From assembly GCF_009914755.1 (NCBI RefSeq), contig NC_060929.1: 64,000 nt of DNA; one strand, given 5' to 3'. This document shows positions 20,753 to 36,571 of the stretch, in pieces. Both the position numbers and the translations under genes were made by a program. The notes beneath the pieces were generated by a model. The model saw nothing but the letters and a program-made list of their open reading frames with translations. It did no database searches and was not told where the DNA came from. Source of the stretch: the human T2T-CHM13v2.0 reference genome, Homo sapiens. Numbering within the stretch: position 1 is the stretch's first letter; each line of letters starts with the position of its first letter.

Positions 20753-20925
20753 GTATATGTGTGTATATGTAAGTATATAGTAGGTATACATTGATATAGC
20801 ATATATATACTGCATATGGTATATATATACCTACACAATATGCTATTATATATTATACATACAGTATATCTATATACACAGACCATATATGCATGTAAGA
20901 ATATGGGTGTGTATGTGTTTGTGTA
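20753..20925. repeat. Degenerate (TA/TG)-rich low-complexity tract
   Basis: tatatgtgtgtatatg...tatatatac. Confidence 0.8.
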
Positions 20926-21069
20926 GCTCAGCCCTCAAATAGCTACCTCCATTCACTTCCCCCGTTTTCACCCTGAGACTCTGAATTGCTCTAGGGTGCA
21001 GGCTGTGCACATAGTAGGTCCTGGTCTAACTGTCTCCAGGCTGGAGGGTATAAAGTAGTTGGGAGCATT

Positions 21070-21290
21070 GACTCTGGGCTGCCTGGGTCTCATTCTGACT
21101 TTGCCCCTTAGCAGGTGAGTGAACTTGGGCAAGAAACTTGAACCTTTTGAACCATCAGTTTTCTTCACTTGTAAAACAGAAAACCAACTATATCTTCTCT
21201 CATTCAGATATTGCGAAGATTAAAATGGTTATACATGTGAACAACTCAGCATGCTACCTGGTACACCCTAAGTGATCAGGAGCCCCTGGC
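21070..21290. mobile_element. MIR
   Basis: cttgggcaagaaactt...cagttttcttcacttgtaaaac core. Confidence 0.7.
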
Positions 21291-21387
21291 AACAGTTAAC
21301 AGTTTCTTCCTGCCCAGCTTCATGGCAGACCTGGAATGGTGGTCTCTGTTTCACCGGGACTCTATTCTTTGTTCTGTTTGTTGCTCT

Positions 21388-21761
<374 letters not shown>

Positions 21762-21850
21762 TCAGGATCTTTTACCAATTATTTTTAAAGTCTAAAGTGA
21801 CAACCTAGCTAGCCAATGAGAAATGTGATTTAATGGACTTATCAGGCTAA

Positions 21851-22475
<625 letters not shown>

Positions 22476-22682
22476 AAAATACTCTAGAAAAATACTTTAA
22501 AAAAAAAAGAAAGAAAAAACAAAGACAAAACAACCTGTCTCTTGCATTACAAAAGTTTGTCCAAGAAGGGTTTAAAACTCTGAAATACCAGATTAAATTT
22601 TAATCTCGAATTTTTTAAATAGTAAACAAAAATTATTCAACTTTATACATTGCTTCTATTTGTAAATCTGACTTCTTAGTTG

Positions 22683-23090
22683 TGTGAAATTAAATAACTC
22701 AAAGCTGTTGTAACTTTAAGTTATCCTGAGACTTCAGAGGAATGTGGCTCTGCAGCCTGCGTCGCTTGGCACGCAGCTGCAACTTCTGCCTTTCAGAAAT
22801 GCTGTAAATAATTAAGACCAGAGATGAGACCCCTCAGATCACCACCCCTCCTCAAGGAGCAATCTGTAATCAATCGGATCACTGTAACATACTCACTAGC
22901 CTCACGTGGAAAATGGTATAATCTTGCTAAAACTTCTGTCTCTGCCTATATGATACTTTAACTTCTCCAGAGTGGAACACTGACCCCATTTGTTTGAAGC
23001 TGTTTTCCTGGGTGGCCATCCTCCAGCTCTGTGCTTGAGCAAACTCTATACTTAATGATATTTTCTGAATCTCATTATTTAAGGTTGACA
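22683..23090 (+). mobile_element. Solo ERV1-class LTR (MER57-like)
   Basis: TG...CA ends, 4-bp TSD gttg (22679, 23091), terminus ttctgaatctcattatttaaggttgaca; subfamily from recall. Confidence 0.7.
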
Positions 23091-23118
23091 GTTGATAGCA
23101 TCATGCTTATTAAATAAC

Positions 23119-23417
23119 TTTTTTTTTTCTTGAGATAGAGTCTCACTCCATCCTGGGTGATGGAGTGAAATGGCATGATCTCAGCTCACTGCAACCTCTA
23201 CCTCCAGGGTTCAAGCAATAGACTCTCCTGCCTCAGCCTCCCAAGTAGCTGGAATTATAGGCACCTGCCACCACGCCTGGCTAATTTTTGTATTTTTAGT
23301 AGAGATGGGGTTTTGCCATGTTGGTCAGGCTGGTATCAAATCCCTGGGCTCAACTGATCCACTTGCCTCAGCCTCCCAAAGTGTTGGGATTACAGGTGTG
23401 AGCCACCCCACCCGGCC
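23119..23417 (-). mobile_element. AluS
   Basis: Antisense Alu; TSD taaataact. Confidence 0.9.
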
Positions 23418-24319
23418 TAAATAACTGCATTTTGATACTAATCGTATTTCTGGTTTTAGGAACAAAAATACATGTTTAAGGTGCAAATGCATGCACATGT
23501 GCACACAAAATATACCTTCATGGTTACTGAGACCATGATTAAATTATGAAAAATTAATAATGTCTGTTAAATTTCAAAGTCACAAACAGGTTCAAATTTC
23601 AAAGGCAGATGACAAATGTTCCCTAAGACTGATGGGAAGTCCCAATCTATCAATTCACTCATTTCGCTTCTTAGCTCTTAACAAAAATTCTCTATCTGGC
23701 CTTGAACAGCATCTATTTTTTTGAAGTCTTAATACTATGACTTGAAATAATGTGAAAAGAAAGCACATTAAGTTAGTAGAAAGAGTAACACTGTCATTAA
23801 AAGTCCTACACCTCCTGATGTACTTCAGCATCTTCTGATGACTGCTGATGAAGGAAAATAATGAATCACCGTTAAATAAGGAGAGAAGGAAAGAAAAAGG
23901 AAGAATTGCTTTGATCTCCACTGAGATGAAACCAGGTGGGGAGGAACTATACCATGAATCTACGAAATACCACCAGAGGAAAAAACTTTTTACTGAGGAA
24001 GCTATCAATACAAGAGAGTCCACTCTAGAAAATAAGGCCAAACATGCTCGGCTGAACTCTGGCATTGTGAGTTGGCTGGAGTTGGTTCAGAGGAGGGCCA
24101 CTGAACCAGGGAATCTCAATGGATAGAGGTGTATGAATAACCAGTGCAGCTTTAAAACATTCTTCAACCCCGTATGCACCTAACAACAAAGCCCCAAACT
24201 ACATGAAGCAAAACAGACAGAATAAAAGGGAGAAACATAATTCAACAATACTAGAGATAACAATACTCACTTCCAACAAATTCTAGAACTACAGAGAAGA
24301 AAAACAAGATAAGATTTGA

Positions 24320-24625
<306 letters not shown>

Positions 24626-25051
24626 TAAGTGCACATGGAACATTCTCCAGGATAGACCATGTTAGGTCGTAAGAGAAGCCTTAATAAATTTATGATTGAA
24701 ATCATACAAAGTATGTTCTCCAACCAATAACTGAATTTAGAATGAAATTGGAAATCTACAACAGAAGGAAATTTGTGAAATTTATGAACACATAGGATTC
24801 AAACAACATACTCCTAAATAACCAATGGGCCAAAGAAGAAATAACAGGGGGAAACCAGATATGAAATAAAAGCCACAACAATATCAAAATTTACAAATGA
24901 GTGAAATAGGACTCAGAGGGAAATTTATAGCTATAAACAACTACATTAAATAAAAAAGACCTCAAATCAATAACCTCATCTTCCACCTTAAAAAACAAAA
25001 AAACTAAACCTAAACCAAGTAGAAGAAATAAAATAATAAAGATTTGAGTAA

Positions 25052-25215
25052 GGCCAGGTGTGGTGGCTCAAGCCTGTAATCTTACCACTTTGGGAGGCTG
25101 AGGTAGGAGGATTGTTGGAGCCAGGGAGTTCAAGGCTGCAGCGAGCTGAGATTGTGCCACTGCACTCCAGCCTGGGTGACAGAGCGAGACATCTCAAAAA
25201 CAAAACAAAAAAACA
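25052..25215 (+). mobile_element. Alu monomer / internally deleted Alu
   Basis: TSD aagatttgagtaa. Confidence 0.85.
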
Positions 25216-28065
25216 AGATTTGAGTAAAAATTAATGAAATAGAGAATAGAAGAGAGAAAAATCAATAAAACAAAAAAGGATAAATTCCTAGAAAGATACA
25301 AATGACTCAAACTGTCTCAACTATAAATAAAAAACCTGAATAGGCCTCTAAGTGAGGAGATAATGAGTTGGTAATCAAAAAACTTCCTACAAAGAAAAGT
25401 CCAGGACCAGATGGCTTCCAAATATCTAAAGAATTAACACAATTCTTCTTAAGATTTTCCAAAAAACAGAAGAGGAAAGAACACTTCATAATTGTTTATA
25501 TGATGCCAGCATTACAATAATACCAAGGTCAGATAAGGACATGATAAGAATTAATTACATATCAATATCCCTTATAAATATAGATGCAAAAATCCTCAGC
25601 AAAATACTAACAAACTAAATCCAGCAAATATAAAAAGGATTGTACATTATGACCAAGTGGGATTTGTCCCACAATTGGTTCAATGTAAGAAAATCAATGT
25701 AATGCACCACATTCATAGGATAGAATAGAATAAAGGGCAAACTCACATGATCATCCCAATAGACACAAAGCTTCCGACAGAATCAAAAACTATTTCATGA
25801 TAAAAACGTTCAATAAGCTAGAAATAGAAGGTAACTTTCTCAACTTGATAAAGGTATCTAGTCTATAGTCTTAATAGCTAACTTCATCATCAGTGGTGAC
25901 AGATGGAAAGGTTTTCCCTACGAGATCACAACAACACATGGATGTCTGTTTGCACCATTTCTATTCAACAATCTACTATTTGAGGTTCTAGCCAGAACAA
26001 TTAAGCATGAGGATAAAATAAATAAGCATCCAGATTGGAAAGGAAGAAGAAAAATGATCTCTATGTACAGATGACATGATCTTGTAGACAGAAAAGCCCA
26101 AGGAATCCACAAAAAAATATGAGAATAAATGAGTTCAGCAATGTTGTAGGATAAAAGATCAATGTAGAAAAATTAATCATAGTTCTACAGAAATTAAACA
26201 TGTGGAACGATATCCCATGCTCATGAGTTGGAAGACAATATTGTTGAGACAGCAATGCTAACTAAAATGATCTACATATGCAGTGCAATCCCTATAAAAT
26301 CCTAGCTTTTTTTTTTTTTTACAGAGATTGAGAAGTTGATTCTAAAATTCATGCAAGGGACCCTGAATAAAGAAAACAAACCTGGAAAAGAACAAAGTTT
26401 GAGAACTCACACTTCCCAATTTCAAAACTTACTATGAAACCAATGGAAGAATTCAGAGTCCAGACATAAACTCATATGTCATTCTCAATTGATTTTTGAC
26501 AAGGGTGCCAAGACCATTTAATGGAGGAAAAAAGTCTCTTAAACAAATGGCACTGGGAAAACTGAATATCCACATGCAAAAGAATGAAGGTAACACCCCT
26601 ACCTTACACCGTATACAAACATTAACTCAAAATGGATCATCAAAGATCTAAAAGTTAAGAGCAAAGACTATATTGTTCTTAGAAGTCTCTGTGACCTTAA
26701 ATTAGGTAATACATTCTTAGACATCTAAAGTACAATCAACCAAAGGAAAAATAAACATATTCAACTTCATCTAAATTTAAAACTTTGTGCTTTGAAAGAC
26801 ACTACCAAGAAAGTGAATAAATAGTTTAGAGAATGTGAGAAAATATTTGCAAATGACCTATCTGATAAAGGCCTAGTATCTAGAACATACAAAGAACTCT
26901 TACAACAAAAAACAGTCCAATTTAAAAATGGGTAAAGCACCGGGATAGACATTTCTCCAAAGAAAATAGAAAATGGCCAAAAAGCACATGAAAAGATGCT
27001 TTGCATCTTCAGTCACTAGGGTAATGCATGTTAAAAACATGAGACAACTCCTTCACACCCACTATGACATCTATAAGAAAAAAGACAGGCAGTCACTGGT
27101 GTTATGGAGGTTGTGAAGAAATGAAGTATGCAACCCGCATACTCTCTTGGTGAGAATGCAAAATGGTGCAGTTGCTTTGAAGAACATTTTGGCAGCTTCT
27201 CAAGAAGTTAAACATAGAGTTATAACATAATCCAGCAACTGCACTCCTAGGGACATATCAAAGAGAACTGAAAATATATGTTCAGGCCAAAATTTGTACA
27301 TGAATGTTCACAGCAACATTCATAACAGCCGAACAGCGGAAACAAGTCAAGCGTCCATCAGCAGAACAAAATGTGGTACATCTATACTATGGAGTGTTAA
27401 CCACACAAAGAAGTTCTGACACATGCTACAACATGTATGAACCGTGAACACATGCTAAGTCAAAGACGCCAGACACAAAAGGCCACATATTATATGGTTC
27501 TATTTACATGAAATGCCCAGAACAGGCAAATCCATAGAAACAATGAGTAGATTTCCAGGTTTCCAGGGCTGGCAAGGGTGAGAAGTTACTGAGTATGAGG
27601 TTTTTTACGGGGTGATGAAAATGTTCTGGAATCTGATAGTGGTGATGGTTGCACAACTGTGTGACTATACTAAGAACTACTGAAATACACACTTTAAACG
27701 GGTAATTTTATAGCATGTGAATTACATTTTGATTGCAAAAATCCTTTCAGCCCCCTGCTGATTTGAGCATGACTACTGGAGTGAACCCGTTTTCAATAGG
27801 AATACGTTCTCACTCCTCAGGTAAGCTGAGGTAGAAGATTAAGAATTCACTGCTGCAAACATTTACAAATACTGAAAATCCTTCAAGCATATAATTCGAT
27901 GTAACAAAGTATTTTGAAATTCTCCTCATCAGTAAAGCAAAAGTATTTCACCGGCACATGTAAAATCGCTCTCACCTACTTTTTTGAGTTTGCTGTTTTT
28001 ACAAGAATACAAAGTAGGTAATAATTTATTACTAATTAGATGTGGTTTGGAAAATCATTTTGACA

Positions 28066-28200
28066 CTCATTCCTTCATTCCACAAATATTTATTGAGCAC
28101 TTACGATGTGCAAAGCACTCTGTTGGGTGCAGGGGCACAGTGGGGAGCAAATGTTACAAGTCCCTGCTGCTGGGGGTGCTGCAGCTCTGGTGGAGGCTGA
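28066..28200 (-). mobile_element. L2 3'-end fragment
   Basis: tcattccttcattccacaaatatttattgagcacttacgatgtgcaaagcact is the reverse complement of the L2 3' terminus. Confidence 0.8.
28089..28094 (-). terminator. Distal poly(A) signal AATAAA within L2
   Basis: tttatt on plus strand; another AATAAA at 28025-28030. Confidence 0.6.
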
Positions 28201-28488
28201 TCAACCACAGAGAAGAAATTATCACAGAGTGAATGTCCCCCTTGAAGAATGAGTAAATCAACTGACCATCCTAAGCGGCATCACCAGCAGGATGTCCCCG
28301 CTCTTGCGCCCTATGTGGGTAGGAGCCAATGTGAAGACACCAATAGTAAGTGTCAATCCCTGTTCCTCTCACGGGAGCCAGGAGCACATTCTGTCTCTGA
28401 AACACAAACAAATGCAATCTGGGTCTGCGAGCTTCAAATCAGCCCTCAAAACACAGGTCTGGTTAATAAGACTCAACAGCACAGACTT

Positions 28489-28506
28489 TTTATTTTATTA
28501 TTTATT
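28489..28506 (-). terminator. Proximal poly(A) signal cluster (three AATAAA)
   Basis: tttatt at 28489, 28494, 28501; GU-rich sequence downstream on minus (gtctgtgctgttg, ctgtgttttg). Confidence 0.65.
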
Positions 28507-28660
28507 TCTTTTAATACAAAGCTTTGGCATTAGCAATTTTATGAAAAAATAAAATGTACTAAAAATAAATGCTTGTGTGGCATGATTGGTAAATGATGCA
28601 CAAAAATAGGTTCTTTTTTCCTTCAAGGCAAAATCAGTCAGAAAGCAGGTTTTTTCTTCT

Positions 28661-28676
28661 TCAAAACCATTCTACC
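28661..28676 (-). CDS. RNF130: RNF130 last coding exon (exon 9): (E)VEWF*
   Basis: ag|G GTA GAA TGG TTT TGA with pyrimidine tract; completes the phase-2 GA from the previous exon. Confidence 0.95.
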
Positions 28677-30105
28677 CTATGGAATAAAAGGAAAAAAGAG
28701 GTCATAAATTAAAGAGTAGTCAAATGTTTAAAATAACAGAGAAGTGACCCTAACTGAAGGGTGGCCTGGCTGTCCCCAGCTAGTTCCCAACCCCTCTGGT
28801 AAGGCCAGGAAGCCATTAAGTGTTTTCCCAAAATCAGCAGTTTCAGATCTGCAGTTGACTGACTCATCCATCTTAGAGGTGCTTTAATACTCCCAAAAGG
28901 ATGAAGGAAAAGGTCAGGCCCATGGCGTGTTGTTTAAATACACAGGGACAATTATCATACAATTTACAATTTTTCCTGGTTTAAACACATGTTCTGAATG
29001 CTGAGGGTGCTGAAATCTGCCGCTGTTGTCTTTAAAAAATGCTCCTCTTACCTCTCAAACAAGAATGTCCTCACTTATTTTGAAGTGATAGGGATGTATG
29101 GCTGTCTCACAGGAATCCTCCAGACCTTGTGTGTGTTTCTGTCCTTGCATCAGGTGTAAAAACAGCCTATGACCTTTTGACAAGCCCCTGCGCTGCCCGA
29201 GCTCCTGCTGCCCTCTCTGCAGCCCTGTGCTGTGGGGCTGTCCTGGCTTTCTGATGCCTTGGATTCCTGCTCATTTCCAGGGTCCCCAAATCAAGCTGTT
29301 AGCGTTGATCTTTTTCTTTCTGCTGAGCTCCAGATCTCTGCTTCAAACCATATAAGCTTTGGTTATTACACAACTCTCTAGCAACTCCTGATTTCAGCTC
29401 CTGCTCGCCACCCTGACTTGCTCCTTCAACTCCCTATTTTTACCTAATCTATCTTCCTGCCTTCATGCCCTACCACAGCAAGCAACTTCGCAGCCACTAG
29501 GAATATCTCTCTGCTGAAAGGCCTTAGAGCCCATTACCAGCTCTTTATAAGAATCAAGTCCAAAATCTGTCTCCTGCCTACCGTCACCACCACCTACAGC
29601 AGACACACCAAACCACACAACTCGCTGATCCTGCTCTGTGCGGTCCTCACTGTGTGCCCTAATTATGCCCAGGCTGGTTCCTAAGTCACTCTTCCATGCA
29701 GCCTTTTCAGCTCCCCCAAAGGTAAGGCGGCAGCTCCGCAGGCATGACCCAGAAGGGCCTTTGCGTACTCCCTCACTCTCCAGCCACATCAGTACGCACA
29801 TGAGGGCATAGCCCTGAGCTCTGGCGGGGCCAGACCAGGTCTCCATTACCTTCAGCACTGCGAGCCCCGTGCTTGGCACAAGCCCGGGAGCCTACTTGGG
29901 AAACAGCATCTCAATGAATGAGGGGGCGTTGTCAACTTTTTTGAAAAACCTCTGGTATAAAGGATATTCACAACTTCACATAAAGTTCTGTACCTTATTA
30001 TTTCTTGTAGTTCCTATTTAAGGTAACACATTTTCTAATATTTCCTCAGAAAAACTGGATATTAGATATAAAGAATTTTTAGGGGTAATTTAGTTTTCAA
30101 ATCTA

Positions 30106-30499
<394 letters not shown>

Positions 30500-30600
30500 T
30501 CATGTTGCAACTGCATTTTTAGGAAACCAAATTTGTCTCCTTCAACCACATTATTTGGCACTATCCTCCTCTCTGAAGTAGTCAAATGCAAGCAGTTTAA

Positions 30601-31183
<583 letters not shown>

Positions 31184-31202
31184 AAATTCAAAATTCTTTA
31201 GA

Positions 31203-31435
31203 CAAGTGTTTCTCAAAACTAAAGCATACAACCTATTAATGGTTATACCATCAATTTAGGAGTTAACGACTAATATTAACAACAAGGCACAGGACTGACT
31301 ACATCAGAGAATACTGCATGCAGTCAGGGAAGTGTGTGAAATTTGTTTCAGTTACACATGGGAGTACTGGGTCACAACACAAAATGTATCTCTTACAGTA
31401 GGAAGATGGTTTTTAGAAAGTCTGAAAAACACTGC
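31203..31435. mobile_element. Probable hAT/Charlie-type MER
   Basis: TIR-like ends caagtgtttctcaaa ... tgaaaaacactg. Confidence 0.45.
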
Positions 31436-31699
31436 TTTTGATATTTAAGGTTCTAAAAGAGGTAACTGAAAGAGAACCCAACAGCTCTCCTCGGCCTCTG
31501 ATCCCTCCTAGGAACAATTCAAGAGGGACCCTCAGCACAGGACGCATCTCAGAGCCTTCTACCTGATCTGAGGTCGGCCTGTGAACAGGTCTATCCTGTA
31601 GCTTCTGTCTGAAGAATCAGGTCCTGGTGCAGGCTCGCTAGCTTTCAAAGTGTCCCGTGTTTTGGACGGACAATTTTAACTACTACAAAGTTGTTTCTT

Positions 31700-31987
<288 letters not shown>

Positions 31988-32367
31988 ACAAAGTTCTTTC
32001 TTATATCAAGTGGAAATCTGCCTCCCTGTAGATATCGCCAGAGCTCCAGAAATACAGAGTAAGCATCACTCTGTATGCACTGGTTAGTCAACATGAGGCT
32101 CTTTTGAGTATTAAACCAGGCAATACGGGTAAAAGAGACCAGTGCAGGACTAAGATCTTGGTAGGCATTCAATAAACAGTAGTTATTCTCATCTTTGTTA
32201 TTCTCATCTTTAAGAGTCCTTCAAACACCTGGAAACAGCTCTCATCTTACCCGGTCCCCTCTCTTCCAAACCAAGCATCCCCAAGACATCAAATAATTAA
32301 ATTTTCAGACCCTTTTATGCTGAGTGTGCTAGTTTCTCAATATTCCTCTTAAAAAGAGTACTGAGCA

Positions 32368-32646
32368 CTCAAGCCTGTAATCCCAGCACTTTGGGAGGCC
32401 GAGACAGGTGGATCACAAGGTCAGGAGTTCAAGACCAGCCTGGCCAAGACAGTGAAACCCCATCTCTACTAAAAATACAAAAAAATTAGCTGGGCGTGGT
32501 GGCGGGTGCCTGTAATCCCAGCTACTCAGAAGACTGAGGCAGATAATTTCTTGAACCCGGGAGGTGGAGGTTGTGGTGAGCTGAGATGGCGCCACTGTAC
32601 TCCAGTCTGGGTAACAGAGCGAGACTCCGTCTCAAAAAAAAAAAAA
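32368..32646 (+). mobile_element. AluS, slightly 5'-truncated
   Basis: TSD aaaaagagtactgagca. Confidence 0.92.
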
Positions 32647-34904
32647 GAGTACTGAGCAAAATAATTCAGAAATACTGAGAGTAAAATAGAAACATCATTC
32701 TTTTTGTATAAATAAAGGAGTTTATATATATAAATTTCTACTACTACACTAAGAGGAGGAAGATCACCGGGAGCTTTCTGGTGGACCTGCTACAAGAAGC
32801 CAGGGCTTCCTGATCTCCGGTCATGCCACTGGATCATTTGCTCTAGTTATTTCGTCACCTTTACCACTTCAGATTCATTTCCTCATGCCAAGATTTTTTT
32901 GAATCTTGAATAATGAGCTACCGTTCTCTGCAAATCTTAGAACGTGATTTCTATGAATCAGAATCCAGCAATGGGAAAAGGGCTCTAGGGGATACCTAGT
33001 CACGCCTCCCACTAAACTTCAAATCTCTACTACACATTTGTATATGTTCCTCAAATAAAAATAATAAAAATATTTATTTTTCTTATTTTGAGGGAAAACT
33101 AGAGTGACACAAATTTCAGTTGGTAAATGTTGACATTTCACAAGGTTTATATGAATAGCCAAGTAGAGCAGAAGACCTCTTTTGGGAATTGAAATTCAGT
33201 AACCTCGCTTACCTAGGTACTAAGAAACCGAGGTGTGAGAAGCCAATATGTAAATATATTTACCTTGCATTTATTCACTTCTTTGACTACCATCCTGTTT
33301 ATATTTGCAAAGTTTCAAAATTTACCAGATCTGTTTGCAGTGTTAAAAAAATTTAATGTATAATCAGTCGCAGTACTAAATAAACAGTATTTCATCATAA
33401 CAGAAGGGCAGTGACTCCAAACACAAGGGCTTTTTGATGGACTTCTGATTGAAGCCAACAGCACGAAGCCCTTGGTCAATGCACCGAGCGTGGTGAGGAA
33501 GGGATGGGGGCTTGCACCCCTTGTGGGGATCCTCCTTGTGTAGTTAGCAACCCACCCATGACAGGGGGCCCTAGACCACCTGGGTCCCACACACTGCCCT
33601 GACATCTTGCCCACAGGGTTTCAACAGTGAGTAGACAGGGTCAAGGACTTGCTTGAACAGTAATATACAAGAACAGTGACTAGTAACACTGCCAGAAAGG
33701 TAAACTATTCTAGTAGGTATATGCATAGAGGTGGAGTTTAGTATCAATTTTTGGACAGTCATTAAAATGCCAAGAGATGAAATCTATTTATATATGACTA
33801 TCTTACAAATGGATGAGGTTACCCAGAAAATTAAGCCAGGGCAATTAAGGTGAAAAAAAAAAAAATCTTATTTTGGTTGTAAGTTTATTGGTAGATAAAG
33901 GCAAAAACAGAAATAAAATAGATGTTGAAAAATTCATTAATAACGAATAATTACAAATTTGTTTGCTAAAATAAACTTTTCTCTGGAATAAAATCAGTAG
34001 GAATTTTTCATTGATATTTTTGAGAAAAAGACATTGGGTAAGAGTACTATTATCTTTCCTATCATCTGCCACAATAAAAACTGCCTTTAAAAAGATTAAG
34101 TAATTCATGCTTACTGTTAAAAAAAAAAAACACAACACATAAAAGCACAAATTGAAGAAGACGTTGCCCCAGATTCTAAAGTAAGATAATCACCACATTC
34201 TGGTGAGCATCCTTGCTCGTATCCACATGCGTGCATACACAACATGCACGCACACACACACTCTCTCCATTTTTCTCTCTAAATGGGATCATGAATATTG
34301 TCCTTCGGTGGTTTTGACTGAAGGCACAGAAATAATAACCAAATGAGCAACTGTGAAATCAACCCTCTACAACTGCTAATGGGAGAAGGGTTGAACTAAG
34401 TAAGGCATGGATCTAAGATCCATGACTTAGATTCTGAGTCATGCAGGTATTTAGGCATGGAACTAAAATATTACGGCCCACATACTATGATTTCTAATAG
34501 GTAACATGTCTACTGAGCACTCTCATTTTAATCTGATGCATGAACTGAACATCAGACAGATTCTGAGTGGCAGTCAGGTGACTATTAAACTACCCAATAA
34601 TTCTCGAAAAGTGCCTAGTGTAATTATTTGCTTGTACTGGTTATCACTCATTTGTGAACTTTTTAAGAAGTAGGCTTGTATTACTATCTTGCCTGATGGG
34701 TTAGCATGGGAATAAGCAAAAGAGGTGGCTGTGGGTGAAATAAGTGTTTCCCTCTAAACTCAGGTTTGAATCACAGCTACTCACAGAGCTACTATGGTAC
34801 TGTGTCCCACTTCACAGAAGAAATTAAATTCACTTCCCAGACAATAAAGGCAGATGGTCATCTGACTCACACAACTTCAATGGCACTGCAGTGGCATTGG
34901 CTTG

Positions 34905-35130
34905 GCTAACATTTATTGAGCACTTCTTATGTACCAGGCACTGTGCTAAGCATTTTATAGGCTGATTCTCATAACAACCCTGCGATATGGTCCTAGCATT
35001 ATCTGTTTATGAATGACTACAAGGAGCTTCAAATAAATATAACTGCCCAGGTCTTACAACTGAAAAACGGAGGAGCTGAGAGTCAAATCCAGGTGTGTGT
35101 GACCTAGAGTCTAAGGAATTAGGTGCGCCA
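34905..35130. mobile_element. MIR
   Basis: aacatttattgagcacttcttatgtaccaggcactgtgctaagcatttta...cataacaaccctg. Confidence 0.75.
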
Positions 35131-36477
35131 TGCTGAAGGAAAACTGCCTGGGTGGCCAACAGCAGCAGCTAGTGGTTCACCTGCTGGATGAGGTGCAGTG
35201 CTCCTCTGAAGGCTGGGGAATGCCACCCGACCCTGACATCTGTGAGCCTCAACATGTATGGCTCACAGATGCCAGGGGGCACTTCTTCCAAGTATCTAGC
35301 CCCAGATGAGGTTAGATTGAATAACACATGCCACTGCAAGTGGAGGCCACTTGCCCATTGTTTCTATAGATGTCAATTACAGTTTCTATAGCCAGACAAT
35401 GGGCAGTCAATTACATCAACTGCATGAGGTAATCAGTTTGGTTATTACTCATCAATTAAAGTATCAGGACGTAATTGAATATGGAGATCACGTGAATTCC
35501 ACCCATATCAACCTAGGTTCAAATTTGGGCAGGACCCCAGGGTTGCTTTCATCTCTAATTAGTTTTCATGAATATTGGTAAAAGAAAGGACTGAACGATA
35601 TCCTCAGTAAATGTCCAAAATTTAGAACAAAACAAAACAAAGCAAAAATAAAAAAACCCTTTCTATACCTTATCCCTATGGAAAGCTACTCTTGGAACAG
35701 CATTGGATCAAAATGGACCATAACAGTCATCTAGCCCAATCCTCCATCCTCTCAAAACACCTCACTACAGCACCCCTGACAAGTGACATCCAGCCTCTGC
35801 CTACATTCCCAGTCCTGAGCGTGCCCTACAGCAAACCATCCCGCCACTAACCAACCCCACCGACAGACGTCCTTCCTTTTACCGACGTGAAGCCTGCCGT
35901 CATGGAGCCTGCTCTTTGGTCGCCATTTTGCCCATGGAGATAGCGCTTAGACTTATTTTCTCTTCCTCCTCACAGCTGTCCTAACATCTGGAAACAGCGG
36001 GTCTTTCAAACTGCTTCTTTCCTGCAGGCCAAGTACCCAAGGCACTGGTCCTGACCACAGGCACGGCCGCCGGGGCTTCCCCAGAAGCTAGACATGCCAG
36101 GCTCCAGATGTGTGTGATGAACGCAAAGTGGGCTCTTCCCATCAGCGATGAGGATGCTGACAGCCTTTTACACTCTAAGACTATACTGCTCCTTTGCCAC
36201 TTGCATTACACTGCTGATTCATTCTAAGCCTGTGGCTAATGAAAACCTCTGGATCTTTTCTCAAACGGGCTGCTCTTGTTGAATAAGGTGAATTCCCAAT
36301 CTGTGTTACTGACTAAAAATATATGCTCATGAAATAAAGTATTTTGCTAGATACGATCCCATCAGGATCCGTATGAAACTGGTAGAAAGCCAGTTCTCAC
36401 CACCTTCATGAAAACTGCTCCATGTGTTTTCCTGGGATCATCTGGCACATGCAATCCAAAAACAATTTGTTACTTAC

Positions 36478-36571
36478 TCATTAGCATTCAAGCTAGCTGT
36501 GGCTCTGATGATCATGTAGCAGAGTGTGAGGGCACTGAGGAGGCCAAAACTGGCAATAATAAACCATTCTT
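36478..36571 (-). CDS. RNF130: RNF130 exon 8 (94 nt): (K)[30 protein letters not shown](E), second hydrophobic/TM segment
   Basis: cag|AA GAA TGG ... AAT GA|gtaagt; phases 1 and 2 fit the neighbours; matches recalled RNF130 C-terminus. Confidence 0.96.

Larger units (their letters stand above)
28070..28660 (-). other. RNF130: RNF130 3'UTR (last exon); distal end inferred from the poly(A) signal
   Basis: Follows TGA at 28661-28663 on the minus strand; AU-rich. Confidence 0.7.

Noticed and set aside
23655-24126. Overlapping ORFs of 136 aa (-) and 92 aa (+) in non-Alu DNA
   Set aside because: No recognisable domain or clear splice context; purine/pyrimidine skew next to an L1 can explain open frames. 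BLASTX or PhyloCSF would be needed to revive them.
35690-36300. Possible L3/CR1 fragments (also near 32950-33030)
   Set aside because: Too diverged to delimit or call confidently by eye.
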